In this document: positions 10,571 through 19,771 of the stretch, in pieces
Layout of the letters: the number at the start of each line of letters is the position of its first letter
Position numbering within the stretch: the first letter of the stretch is position 1
Source of the DNA: a virus
Taxonomy: Duplodnaviria; Heunggongvirae; Uroviricota; Caudoviricetes
Virus record (IMG/VR): IMGVR_UViG_3300031555_010392
Coordinates: 1 to 64,000 of that record
Reading direction: 5' to 3' (one strand)
DNA: 64,000 nucleotides
Translations under genes and position numbers: made by a program
The notes under the pieces: model-generated
The model's database searches: none
Told to the model about the DNA's origin: nothing
The model's input: only the letters and a program-made list of their open reading frames with translations

Positions 10571-11668
10571 TCACCTCATACTATTAGTCGTTATTTCAAA
10601 TTTTTCTTTCATAAGTTGTTCGAGTACTTCTTTGCCACGGTCGGTCGGCGCATCTTTATACTGCAATAGATCTTTGCTGTCCCAAAGCACATAGGTAGTT
10701 GCATAGGGGGTGAAAAGCCCCGCAAGTTTAAGGATTTTGTTTGCGTAGGAATCGCTTTCTTCGGAATATGCGGCATGATACTCTTTATCAAAAGCAAGGA
10801 ACACTTCTTTTACCCCAAGGCTAACGATCATATCTCTTTGAAATGTAGAGATATTAGAACCACAGACCGCTACGCCAAAGCTATCTTCTCCATAAAATGA
10901 AGAGCATTGCAATGCCAGCTTTTCGCTTTCGCCTAAAAGAATTTTGGAATACTTTTGAACAGCTGGTTTCACCTTATCAAGGCCGTAAAGATTGTAGCGG
11001 AGAGTGTGGCGGTAGTCTTTTTGACCTATCCGGGTTGGAATATACTTAAAACCAGCCGCAACAGCTTCTTCATCAAGACATCTGGAGCGTATCCCGATCA
11101 AATTGCCAAGATGATCATAATGCGGAATAATGATTTCTTTACGGCTGACATCAAAGCGGATATTGAAACGTTCACATGCCTCGTGAGTAATGCCCTCGTG
11201 CATCCATTCTGCAGGAGTTACCCGTGGATAAAGGTCTAATAGACCATGAGGCAAAGGAGTATATGTCGGCGGAGGGGGCGGCTGCTGAGAAAGACCAAGT
11301 ATTTGAGAATAACGATCAAGTATTTCCCAATCATCAGTGATCTTTTGCTCAAATCCTATCTTTTGCCCAAAAGAAATCCCAAGAGTTTGCTGGACATAAT
11401 CCAGCGCTTGTCCAAAATTACAATGAAGAACGCGCTTGACAAGCTCATAAATATCAAAGCTTTCGCCACATTGAGTGTAGCAATGGAACAAGCCGCTCTC
11501 CTGATAATAAAAGAGCTTGTAGCTTCCGGTATGTGCGGGGTTATGACAAATGGTCTGAAAAATCAAATCACCATTCGCTGTAGCTCTAGGAGGGTCACTG
11601 CCTAAAGCTGTGACCAGTTTAATGATTTCAGGGGTTGAAAATGAACGCTCAAACTGCGTTCTGATCAT
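10571..11668 (-). CDS. DNA primase (DnaG-like: CHC2 zinc finger + TOPRIM-like region)
   Basis: CHNPAH...HCYTQCGESF zinc-binding CHC2-type motif near N-term; acidic TOPRIM-like LGESEK / AFDKE; AAGGGGTGA RBS. Confidence 0.6.
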   Translation of the reverse strand: MIRTQFERSFSTPEIIKLVTALGSDPPRATANGDLIFQTICHNPAHTGSYKLFYYQESGLFHCYTQCGESFDIYELVKRVLHCNFGQALDYVQQTLGISFGQKIGFEQKITDDWEILDRYSQILGLSQQPPPPPTYTPLPHGLLDLYPRVTPAEWMHEGITHEACERFNIRFDVSRKEIIIPHYDHLGNLIGIRSRCLDEEAVAAGFKYIPTRIGQKDYRHTLRYNLYGLDKVKPAVQKYSKILLGESEKLALQCSSFYGEDSFGVAVCGSNISTFQRDMIVSLGVKEVFLAFDKEYHAAYSEESDSYANKILKLAGLFTPYATTYVLWDSKDLLQYKDAPTDRGKEVLEQLMKEKFEITTNSMR

Positions 11669-11681
11669 TTTGATTCACCCC

Positions 11682-14315
11682 TTACCAGACAAAGGTTTCG
11701 GGGTCGGTATTCACGGGCTTTTCTTCCTCAGTTTCGTCAAGGATGGTTTCAATACTGGTGTTTTCCACATCCAAACGTTTATAATTGCGGTCAGTTACAA
11801 AAAGATCAGTCGTGCGGAGAGTGGCATAATCAAAATGAAGAAATAGTTTTACATGGTTGAGCTTGCCACGTCTGACTTTATAGATGTGATATACAAGATT
11901 AGGCGGTTTGTAGAACGCCTGAGCCATAATGGATTTTGTGGCTTCAAGATCTTTTTCTGTCGGCTCAAGAACTACATAGCCAATATCGACTTTGTCCGCT
12001 ATACCCTTAGCACCGCGAATGAGACTTTGATCAGGATCCTTGCAATTCTTCCAGTCGCCGCTCGCCTGAGTGGATGTATCGATATGGATATTCAATCGAT
12101 TGCAAAGAGATTTCATGCGATCAGAGAACATAACGAGCACATTATCTTCACGAATGTTGACGCCTCTGGTTTTTTGTGCGATCTCCATAAGGATCTTGGT
12201 AGAAGAAAAGATGTAGTCAAAGTAGAGATGAGAGATCATATGCTTGCGCTTATAGGTACAGGCTAGATTCTCAATGTCGTCTACATTGAACTGAGGGATA
12301 TGTTCGATCCACAAAGGAGCCTCGGAAACGATTTGGATTGCTTTATCTACACGTTCTTCTTCGCCGGGAGCATATTTGCCATCGAGGATATGTTCTTCAG
12401 GCACGCATGCAACATAGGCAAGGATCATGGTTTGAACTTCTTCTGGTTCAAGCTCAGTGGTGATGTAGAGGGTTGGTTCGGCGCATTTGGTTTTTACCCA
12501 ACGTTTAAGATCGGGGTCATAATACTTTGAAATGGCGCCTAGGCAAGCATCTGAAAGAGAAAGGCGGGTGTTGTGAGTGACGATGTAGTCAGAACTCACA
12601 TACAACGCATCTTCGTTATCGACTGTAAGGCAAGTCATATCTACATATCGGTCTGTAGGAATGATGTCTACAATGGCGTTGTAATCCTTATAAGAATCTC
12701 GATGAGATCTTGCTGCATACGCTTCAGCAATTGTTTTTTTCCTGGGAAGCTTAAACAGACTGGGCTTTAATGCGCGTGGACACTGAATGTATATTACGAA
12801 ACAAACGCCGGACTTATACTTTGCTCTATTATCGAGTCCGGGGACGGCAGTCAGGCCAAGGCTTCTACAAAGGGACAGCATACAATCCTTCATTGTAAGG
12901 CTTGTTGTTGTGAAAGAAATTCTCCCCTTGTTTTCACTGTCGATATGGCCGTCTGTATCCAACAGCCCACGCAGCAACTCGAAGCGTTGCTCTACTGAGC
13001 CCATGAGATAGTCGCCAGGGATATATTTTTCTTCCGAGTATGCACCAGATAGATTAGGATATTGTGCGACTATATCTGCCACATGAATATTTTTACCATC
13101 CTTCTTAAAATAGTAAGAGTAATTGTTGCAATTAGGTTTGATTACATCCCATTTCATTACTTCGCCAATATGGGTGGGGAGGATACTATCTTCTGAAGAA
13201 TAATAAAAAGTATTGCTTCGCTCGCTTGTTCTAAAGCTTCCGTCCCCCAAAAATAGCCCCATAATGTAAGGGGGAATCAAAAATTCTTTTTCTGGATGTT
13301 GGACGGGCTGGCACAAAGGAACTCTGCATTTAAAAGTGCCTCCAACGCCCTCTCTCCAATGCCCAGAATAGCGCTCTAAAATTTGAGCCGTTGTTTCTAC
13401 GCGATATAATTCGGGATTGTGTCGGTCATAATAGTAAAACCAAAGATGATCATCGCTACATTCATGCATACGACCATCGTAAAACTTAACTTCGTATACA
13501 CGTTTTTTATGTGGTTGATGATGCACGGCAAGAACTTTCGTAGGCTTGCCATCTCGGCCAAGCAAAACATCGCCTGGTACCATATCTCCAATTGCTTTCC
13601 ATCCCTGATCATATGTTGGAATCATCGTATAATCAGGGGCACATTTTCCTAGGCCCGAGGGCGCCGTCCTCAGATAAAACTTCTTAAGTCTTCGGCCTCT
13701 GCAAATGGTAGTAAGCTTTTTGGAGTTCATTGGCGCTCCCATCTCAGGACGCTCCATGAGAGACTTTTTCAGCTCTACCATACCTTCGGCAGCCTGTCCA
13801 CCAACTCGTCCGCCAACGTTGGAAAATTCGCTTTTGATTTCAGACAGCTTTCCTTCATAAAAAGCGAAGATGTCTTCAAGTGAACTATTATCCAGCTTTT
13901 CTCTGGCAATCTTCTGTACAGATGGGTCTGCAGAAGTGTTATTGTAATACTCGCCAACATCAATGCCAGCCTTCACCAGCTTATTCAGAAGAGAATACTT
14001 TTTAAGTGTTTTATAATGAAGGGTAAAGTTGCCATCCGCCATCGTATTGATCAGTGCATTGATATAAGCCTGACCACCATTAGTGGTGAACAGATGGTAG
14101 TGTTCTGGATAATTGGAAATATACTCATCAATGGACATGACGTTGATATTTTCCGCGCCATTCAGAGACAAATTAGCAATAGCCGTAAAGACGATTTTAT
14201 GAAAACGCTCAGGAAAATCATCGGGCGTTAAATGAAAACGTTCGTCCATAAACAAATACGGATTTTTGATAAGCTCTCCAAGGACATGGAGAGTAACAGC
14301 TTTATCTTGAATCAA
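11682..14315 (-). CDS. dnaB: DnaB-family replicative helicase precursor containing an intein in the Walker A loop
   Basis: N-domain aligns with DnaB (AVTLHVLGEL...DDFPERFHKIVF); P-loop APSGLGK|C...intein...HN|TRLSL reconstitutes GLGKT; C-terminal TELEPEEV and FDYIF match DnaB; TTG start. Confidence 0.8.
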   Translation of the reverse strand: MIQDKAVTLHVLGELIKNPYLFMDERFHLTPDDFPERFHKIVFTAIANLSLNGAENINVMSIDEYISNYPEHYHLFTTNGGQAYINALINTMADGNFTLHYKTLKKYSLLNKLVKAGIDVGEYYNNTSADPSVQKIAREKLDNSSLEDIFAFYEGKLSEIKSEFSNVGGRVGGQAAEGMVELKKSLMERPEMGAPMNSKKLTTICRGRRLKKFYLRTAPSGLGKCAPDYTMIPTYDQGWKAIGDMVPGDVLLGRDGKPTKVLAVHHQPHKKRVYEVKFYDGRMHECSDDHLWFYYYDRHNPELYRVETTAQILERYSGHWREGVGGTFKCRVPLCQPVQHPEKEFLIPPYIMGLFLGDGSFRTSERSNTFYYSSEDSILPTHIGEVMKWDVIKPNCNNYSYYFKKDGKNIHVADIVAQYPNLSGAYSEEKYIPGDYLMGSVEQRFELLRGLLDTDGHIDSENKGRISFTTTSLTMKDCMLSLCRSLGLTAVPGLDNRAKYKSGVCFVIYIQCPRALKPSLFKLPRKKTIAEAYAARSHRDSYKDYNAIVDIIPTDRYVDMTCLTVDNEDALYVSSDYIVTHNTRLSLSDACLGAISKYYDPDLKRWVKTKCAEPTLYITTELEPEEVQTMILAYVACVPEEHILDGKYAPGEEERVDKAIQIVSEAPLWIEHIPQFNVDDIENLACTYKRKHMISHLYFDYIFSSTKILMEIAQKTRGVNIREDNVLVMFSDRMKSLCNRLNIHIDTSTQASGDWKNCKDPDQSLIRGAKGIADKVDIGYVVLEPTEKDLEATKSIMAQAFYKPPNLVYHIYKVRRGKLNHVKLFLHFDYATLRTTDLFVTDRNYKRLDVENTSIETILDETEEEKPVNTDPETFVW
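12570..13643 (-). mobile_element. intein (358 aa) with LAGLIDADG homing-endonuclease domain inserted in dnaB P-loop
   Basis: starts Cys (CAPDYTMIPT, TGT at 13643-13641), ends His-Asn followed by Thr (VTHN|T, AAC at 12572-12570); two LAGLIDADG motifs IMGLFLGDGSF and LLRGLLDTDGHI. Confidence 0.75.
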
Positions 14316-14343
14316 TTCTGTTTTGGGTATTGTAAATCACCAC

Positions 14344-14862
14344 CTAAACATCTTCCATTCGGAATACACAGGGGAGAGGAGAAGGCTTGGTCTGATAAGG
14401 AAGTACAACAGCTTCATCCTGAACAACAACGCTTTTGTTATATTCATTGGCTTCATTGGAAAGTGACCAAAAAGCAAGCGCTTCATCATAGATATAGGGG
14501 ACAATACCGATGGAAGGAGATTCCGGCTCTGGTATATTGTTGGGCAGGATATCAAAGAAATACCGCAAGGACAAAAGAATGTTTTTATAAGAATACCCAC
14601 GTTGAGTATGAAAATCATTGATTTGCTTATTTAGCAATGGACTTAAACAGGACAGGCCATACAAAGAATAAACATAACTGTCAAGCTCATCCCGATCGGG
14701 ATCCATGCGAACCATAGATGCAGAAGCCTTCTTTTGATCTTTTGCTTTTGCCGCGGCTTTGATTTCTTCTAAGCAAGCTGCGTGATAATTCTTGGAGCGA
14801 TATTTAACGTTTTGTCCACTAAGAATAGCGTTTCCGCATTTTGCACAAATCATACCGTGCAC
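14344..14862 (-). CDS. hypothetical protein with N-terminal zinc ribbon (CAKCG...HAAC)
   Basis: ORF in array; CxxC...HxxC N-terminus. Confidence 0.45.
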   Translation of the reverse strand: MHGMICAKCGNAILSGQNVKYRSKNYHAACLEEIKAAAKAKDQKKASASMVRMDPDRDELDSYVYSLYGLSCLSPLLNKQINDFHTQRGYSYKNILLSLRYFFDILPNNIPEPESPSIGIVPYIYDEALAFWSLSNEANEYNKSVVVQDEAVVLPYQTKPSPLPCVFRMEDV

Positions 14863-15089
14863 CGCCTAGCAAGGCCAACATGTTTGTAAACGGCTGAAAA
14901 GGCCTCTTCTAAGGTTGCATAATCAGAAAGATTACCAACTTCAGTAAAAGACCACATACCTATTTCTGCTTCTTCGCCATCCTCCGTAACAATGTCCAAA
15001 AATCCGCCTCGTTTTTCTTTTTTTACGTAGCAAGGGAAAAAGGTGTTAAATTTAACGGAGCCGTGATATCCAATGGTGTTTTTATACAT
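14850..15089 (-). CDS. hypothetical protein (79 aa)
   Basis: AAAGGGGAA RBS upstream of ATG. Confidence 0.45.
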   Translation of the reverse strand: MYKNTIGYHGSVKFNTFFPCYVKKEKRGGFLDIVTEDGEEAEIGMWSFTEVGNLSDYATLEEAFSAVYKHVGLARRCTV

Positions 15090-15108
15090 TGCGCTTTCCC
15101 CTTTGCGG

Positions 15109-15143
15109 GGTCGGGGAGTGTTACCCCGACCCCAATATTTTTT
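15109..15143 (+). terminator. terminator-like GC hairpin + T7 tract oriented for the plus strand inside the minus-strand block
   Basis: GGGTCGGGG agtgtta CCCCGACCC (9-bp stem) followed by aatattttttt on plus. Confidence 0.35.
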
Positions 15144-16177
15144 TAAAGCTTCAAATCCTTCAGATCGGAAAGGATAACTTCCAAAATCTGTGCCTGCTCA
15201 GGCTGAGCATCCATAACGCCCTTACCCTTGCCAAGATAAGACTCGATGAGGGCTTTATACTCCTCGATACGGCCAGCGGCGTTCATCTTAAGTGCGATCT
15301 CCTTGATTGCTTCCTGAAGCTCAGCAAAAGTAGGAGCGGGAGCATCTGTAAAAGGAGCCTGCTGTTCAGCAAAGGTTACAGGCGCGGCACCATCCAGCTC
15401 AAGCTGCTTGCGCTTTGCTTCGATAATAGCGGCACAAAGCTTTTCAGCAGTGACCTGTTCAATGTAAGGAACAATCTGCGTATAACGAGAACGAGTATGA
15501 TACTGCGTATTGGGGGCGAAATAAATCGTGGAGAACACAGTGCGGCCATTCTCATCAACGGGGGCGGCTCTCATATAACCAATGACATCCACATCGTTGC
15601 AGATGGGCTCAATAGCACGCTTATCGCCGGAAGGATACATCTTGGTATACTTCTGCTGAGTGCGGGGGTCTACCTCATCGCGATAGCCGCCGTCATGCGC
15701 GATATACACAAGGGTGAAGCCAGCAAGGCGGAGGGCACGAGTGGCACGGCGGAACTCACGGCCAAACTCGGTGTAGGCATTTACGGAGCCGTCCTTCTTG
15801 CCATCAACGGTATAGCGGGTTTCGCCGAGAGACTGGATACCAAGCTTTGCGCAGACAAAATCGATACAATAGTCAGCCATAACATCAACCGTATCAAGAA
15901 TAATGGTCTGAGCGACTTCGTGTGCTTCAGCGGTGGTCGCAGGGGAAGTGGCCCACTTGACAAAAGCGAGGAAATCCTTCCAGCTCTTCATGGGATAATA
16001 CTGCTTGCCCTGCATACCCGTAATACCACTTTCAAATGCAAGGTAGTAAGACTTTGGCATGTTGACTGCGACAGGGGTCTTACCAGTGCCATTAGCGCCC
16101 CAAATAAGGATAGCTACACCTTCAAGATCGCTGGTGATCTGAGAAACAGGAGGCTTGCCAAAATGATAATCTGCCAT
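15143..16177 (-). CDS. AAA_24/Sak4-like RecA-fold ATPase (recombination mediator-like)
   Basis: N-terminal Walker A GANGTGKT, Walker B-like IILDTVD, size 344 aa, position next to putative SSB. Confidence 0.5.
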   Translation of the reverse strand: MADYHFGKPPVSQITSDLEGVAILIWGANGTGKTPVAVNMPKSYYLAFESGITGMQGKQYYPMKSWKDFLAFVKWATSPATTAEAHEVAQTIILDTVDVMADYCIDFVCAKLGIQSLGETRYTVDGKKDGSVNAYTEFGREFRRATRALRLAGFTLVYIAHDGGYRDEVDPRTQQKYTKMYPSGDKRAIEPICNDVDVIGYMRAAPVDENGRTVFSTIYFAPNTQYHTRSRYTQIVPYIEQVTAEKLCAAIIEAKRKQLELDGAAPVTFAEQQAPFTDAPAPTFAELQEAIKEIALKMNAAGRIEEYKALIESYLGKGKGVMDAQPEQAQILEVILSDLKDLKL

Positions 16178-16198
16178 TCCATTTACCTTCTTTCGTAA

Positions 16199-17158
16199 TT
16201 AATAAGAGAAATCATTGATCTTTGCCATAGCCGCGGCATTGTTGTTCATGGGCATTGCGGGGGCAGTTACAGGAGTCATAGCAGGAGACCCATTCTTACG
16301 CTCCTTAGCCATGATCCTGGGGATGGTTTCGTTATTGCGGACAGCCAAAGCAGCCATAATCGTTTCACGAGAGTAGGACTTGACGTCTTCTTCGGAATAG
16401 GGATTCCAGCCGCCCATGATTTCCAGTTCATTGATATAGGTGCGAGCCTCCATCTTGCGGCCAATGCCAGCCTGATTAGAGGTGGTGACATGCACGGTGT
16501 TGATCAGGTCGCCATTAAGCATGGCCGTCTGGCCAACCTCGTAGGTGTTTTCAAAATCTGCAGCAAGATTCTTGCCGACAACGAACCTCTGAGGCAGGAT
16601 CGCACCGCGGTACATGGGCACATATACATCGACGAGCTTTCGTCCGGTTTCTTCGCTATTCACAATCTCATCAGTGATCTTATCGATATAGCATTCAACC
16701 TCAAAAGTAGCGCAGGGATTAAAGTCAGTATCTACTCGATTGAAATAATTGCTGGAAATAGACACGCGGCTGACAAAGCCATTCTGGCCGTTATACTCAT
16801 TACGTCCAAGGGTGGCGTTAGTGACGGATACCTTTGTGCACTGGGCCATAGCAGTCGCAAGATCGTAGCCCTTTTCAAGTAGAGAAGCCATATCCACATA
16901 TTCATTCATCACAGTTACAATACCGGGATAAGCCTTGTTTTCCTTAAGTTCACCTGTATTGGAATCCTTGATATACTGAGCGGCATACACGTTGATTTCA
17001 TGATCTGCTGCGGGGGGAATGTGAAGCTTTAGAGAGCCACGGATAACGGGGTGATTGTTCTGGTCTGATACGAGTTTCAGATCCATTTCCTTAAGATAGC
17101 CTGTAATTCTTACACGATTCATAGCCTGGCGAAGAGTAGTATTATTCTGATTTTCCAT
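16199..17158 (-). CDS. hypothetical protein, possible ssDNA-binding protein (OB-fold-like N-terminus)
   Basis: N-terminal NRVRITGYLKEMDLKL resembles SSB OB-fold start; genomic context; weak. Confidence 0.3.
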   Translation of the reverse strand: MENQNNTTLRQAMNRVRITGYLKEMDLKLVSDQNNHPVIRGSLKLHIPPAADHEINVYAAQYIKDSNTGELKENKAYPGIVTVMNEYVDMASLLEKGYDLATAMAQCTKVSVTNATLGRNEYNGQNGFVSRVSISSNYFNRVDTDFNPCATFEVECYIDKITDEIVNSEETGRKLVDVYVPMYRGAILPQRFVVGKNLAADFENTYEVGQTAMLNGDLINTVHVTTSNQAGIGRKMEARTYINELEIMGGWNPYSEEDVKSYSRETIMAALAVRNNETIPRIMAKERKNGSPAMTPVTAPAMPMNNNAAAMAKINDFSY

Positions 17159-17549
17159 TTAATGATTCATCTTCTTTCTGTTTGTTTTGCTCAATATAGT
17201 CTCTGATACATTTTTCATAGGCTTCATCATCATCCCATGTATCGGAAATGAGGGGCTCAATAGGTTCACGCAAGAGTTCCCAATTAACACTTATCTGTTC
17301 ATCCGGTTCCACTTCTCCCCTGAAATGAGTTGGGAGACTTTCTTGGATGCGCTTTACATATTCATTTGCGGTATTGTAGGGATAAACGATATGCAGATCA
17401 TAGTGTCCATGGAGAGGAAAAACATAAGCCAAAAGCTTCCCGCAATGGGGGCAATACAACGAGGTGCCAGTCCATTCCAAAGCAGTCAAATGCTTTGTGC
17501 AAAGATTGGGAAATAAACGATGGCAGAGTTTTTTGAGTGAGAGTTTCAT
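17142..17549 (-). CDS. hypothetical protein with CPHCG zinc-ribbon motif
   Basis: ORF in array, preceded by upstream leader ORF and stem-loops. Confidence 0.45.
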   Translation of the reverse strand: MKLSLKKLCHRLFPNLCTKHLTALEWTGTSLYCPHCGKLLAYVFPLHGHYDLHIVYPYNTANEYVKRIQESLPTHFRGEVEPDEQISVNWELLREPIEPLISDTWDDDEAYEKCIRDYIEQNKQKEDESLNGKSE

Positions 17550-17626
17550 AGAGCACCGCCAATAATAGTTAGTTTATAAGATTTGAAAATGAGCACAAAA
17601 GGCGGTGCTCTGCTTTGAATTATCAT
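17546..17626 (-). CDS. putative 26-aa leader peptide (uORF) overlapping nested stem-loops
   Basis: AGGAGG RBS (17635-17640 rc) 8 nt before ATG; stop TGA overlaps ATG of next gene (ATGA); 11-bp inverted repeat AGAGCACCGCC/GGCGGTGCTCT inside. Confidence 0.3.
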   Translation of the reverse strand: MIIQSRAPPFVLIFKSYKLTIIGGAL

Positions 17627-17664
17627 AAGCAGAGCCTCCTAAGAGTTTTATTGATTTTTTGAGG

Positions 17665-18681
17665 TTATCTTTCTAACGAATCGTTTTTAACATTACGAGC
17701 GTATTCGAGGAATTTTTGGAACTCAATTTGCTGGATGCTTGTTGGGGCATTGTTGTCACGCTTTAGGAAATCCATAAGTATGCCTGAGAAATTTGGTGTA
17801 TAAGCCCAAGGGAGTTTATAAAGCTTCCAATGCGTATAAGCGGCGTGATACATAGCACTCAAACGAATGGAACGCATGGAAAGGTCCAAATTGTTGGCTT
17901 TATTGATCGCCTTAATAACACGGCCAATCCGCATGTTCAGAGACTGGCTATTTAGCGAGATTTTTTCTCCAGCTCGCTTACCCGCATTTTCAGCAATCAA
18001 CAGGGGAGCACAACTTAAGTGGTTGTCTAAACGGTACTGATGAGCTTCCTTCCACAGCAAATAAATAATATTAATGATCTTTTTATTGGCAATAGTGAAA
18101 AGCACTTTAGAATCAGCTTTGTCATTAGACATAATCAGAATTTTTGCAATCATAGAAGAATCTTCTGGCGCAGAAAGCAAAGAATCATTGTCGTCAAAAA
18201 ATGCAATGTCAGATTCAGAAAGGCTCACCAGATCATCCAATTGCAAACCAACCCAAATAAAAACCAAGCAAGCCTTATTCAAGAATTTTGCTTTTTCTGT
18301 AACACGCTTTTGGTCCTGAAGGTTGTCTGCAAGAGCAATAAGATCGTCTACAGTGCTTAGATATTTACGCAAATTTTGGTGGGCAAATATCTCGGAAACC
18401 TGCTCTATTTCCATACGCTGATAAGGAGAAAGAGGGAGGGCTAAGATATGCTGTTGATCAAGCCATGTATAATACGAGCGGATTAATCCGTCATACTGCT
18501 TGACCATTTGAGGCGATAAATTGGTGAATTGTTTATAGACCTCAACCCATTGATCCTTAGGCAGAGTATCCCAATCGTATCCCATTTTGTGAATGATGGC
18601 TTCAACGTTGAGCAATAGGGATGACCTTCTAGCTGAGTTTTCAGAAGTCGCCTCAAGATAGTCCCGAACCGTCATTCTCAT
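17665..18681 (-). CDS. hypothetical protein (338 aa)
   Basis: ORF directly downstream of strong sigma70-like promoter; no confident motif (weak tyrosine-recombinase-like C-terminus rejected). Confidence 0.5.
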   Translation of the reverse strand: MRMTVRDYLEATSENSARRSSLLLNVEAIIHKMGYDWDTLPKDQWVEVYKQFTNLSPQMVKQYDGLIRSYYTWLDQQHILALPLSPYQRMEIEQVSEIFAHQNLRKYLSTVDDLIALADNLQDQKRVTEKAKFLNKACLVFIWVGLQLDDLVSLSESDIAFFDDNDSLLSAPEDSSMIAKILIMSNDKADSKVLFTIANKKIINIIYLLWKEAHQYRLDNHLSCAPLLIAENAGKRAGEKISLNSQSLNMRIGRVIKAINKANNLDLSMRSIRLSAMYHAAYTHWKLYKLPWAYTPNFSGILMDFLKRDNNAPTSIQQIEFQKFLEYARNVKNDSLER

Positions 18682-18716
18682 TTTCCTTTCAGAAATATTA
18701 TAGGAGATCCGAGATT

Positions 18717-18745
18717 ATTATATCACATATTAGTTATTTTGTAAA
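18717..18745 (-). promoter_or_regulatory. sigma70-type promoter (TTTACA-17-TGaTATAAT) for gene 17665..18681; 27-bp core identical to the integrase promoter
   Basis: minus-strand reading TTTACAAAATAACTAATATGTGATATAAT; identical 27-mer at 56413-56439. Confidence 0.55.
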
Positions 18746-18754
18746 TGCTCTTTT

Positions 18755-19147
18755 TTAAATTTTACTTATGTTTGGAGTAAAACAATAATAACCATTAATA
18801 GGACAACTGTGACGATGGGGACAATCAGAATCGTTAGAACAGTATTCACAAGGGGAAGCATTTCTGTCAGCGAGGTGAATGGCAAGTTGCTTCATGAGAT
18901 CATAAGCGTTCTGCAGGCGAAGATTGTCTCGTTCAAAAGCGAGTGCTGCCGCACGAGTTTCCATATAGCTGGAATGCTCAAGGCGGAGCTGTTCTTGCAA
19001 TTTTTCAATCTCGTCTGCCGCAAGTTTTTCAAGGTTATCGCACAATCCCTTGTGGTATTTAAGTTGACAATCATCACAGCTCATTTCCTGATGACAATGC
19101 CTGAGGCAAGCAACTACATCGACATCAACATTAATATTTTCTTCCAT
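18755..19147 (-). CDS. hypothetical Cys/His-rich protein
   Basis: AAGGAG RBS 7 nt upstream of MEENINV; multiple CxxC/HxxC. Confidence 0.45.
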   Translation of the reverse strand: MEENINVDVDVVACLRHCHQEMSCDDCQLKYHKGLCDNLEKLAADEIEKLQEQLRLEHSSYMETRAAALAFERDNLRLQNAYDLMKQLAIHLADRNASPCEYCSNDSDCPHRHSCPINGYYCFTPNISKI

Positions 19148-19157
19148 AGCATGCTCC

Positions 19158-19487
19158 TTATTCAAGTTTTCGCAATGGATTATCCATGTTGCCCTCAGAA
19201 AATGAAACCTGGTCTCCAATTTGCAAAACGGCAAAAACAGAAATGGGAACCCGATAATCCATTAGGAAAGGGTGGCTGAAATTCTCTTTGAAGTACTCAA
19301 CAGTTACAATGAAATACTTGGGATTTTTGATTTGAAAAGGTTTGGAATCTTTAGACGCCCATTGCCAATAAGATGGCTGGATTCTTTTGTCAACAACTGT
19401 TCCAACCATTTCACCGTTCTTGGAAAGACCGACCGTTGGCAGGATAAACATACAGAACAATAAAGCCAAACTAACAATTCTCTTCAT
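19158..19487 (-). CDS. hypothetical secreted protein (N-terminal signal peptide)
   Basis: MKRIVSLALLFCMFILPTVGLS hydrophobic leader. Confidence 0.45.
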   Translation of the reverse strand: MKRIVSLALLFCMFILPTVGLSKNGEMVGTVVDKRIQPSYWQWASKDSKPFQIKNPKYFIVTVEYFKENFSHPFLMDYRVPISVFAVLQIGDQVSFSEGNMDNPLRKLE

Positions 19488-19495
19488 GCATTACC

Positions 19496-19771
19496 TCAAA
19501 GCATTTCATCATGCTGATCATTTTCTTCTTCGTGAAGAAGCGAATAAAGCGGTGGGCGGTGCTTTCCTTCTTTGTATCCACAAACGGGACACTCGCGTTC
19601 TGCTTTACGGGGTGGGATCTGAGCTGAATGAATAATGGGAAGTTCCATCAAACGCTTCTTACACATATTGATAAGTCTGCGTTCTGGTTCCAAAGGTCTT
19701 GACATGATAAGCTGATCCAGCTCTCTCAGGGCGTCTGTTCGGTTGATGAAGGTAAGCGGTTCATTATACAT
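19496..19771 (-). CDS. hypothetical protein with CPVCG zinc-ribbon
   Basis: GGAGG RBS; small basic protein. Confidence 0.45.
   Translation of the reverse strand: MYNEPLTFINRTDALRELDQLIMSRPLEPERRLINMCKKRLMELPIIHSAQIPPRKAERECPVCGYKEGKHRPPLYSLLHEEENDQHDEML

Noticed and set aside
15089-16198. 369-aa plus-strand ORF antisense to the AAA_24 ATPase gene
   Set aside because: Low-complexity G/L/I/A-rich translation, no RBS, and fully antisense to a well-supported gene.
17665-18681. Tyrosine recombinase call for the 338-aa protein (C-terminal ...RLSAMYHAAYTHW...)
   Set aside because: I could not place the R-K-HxxR-Y catalytic constellation, so it is left as hypothetical.
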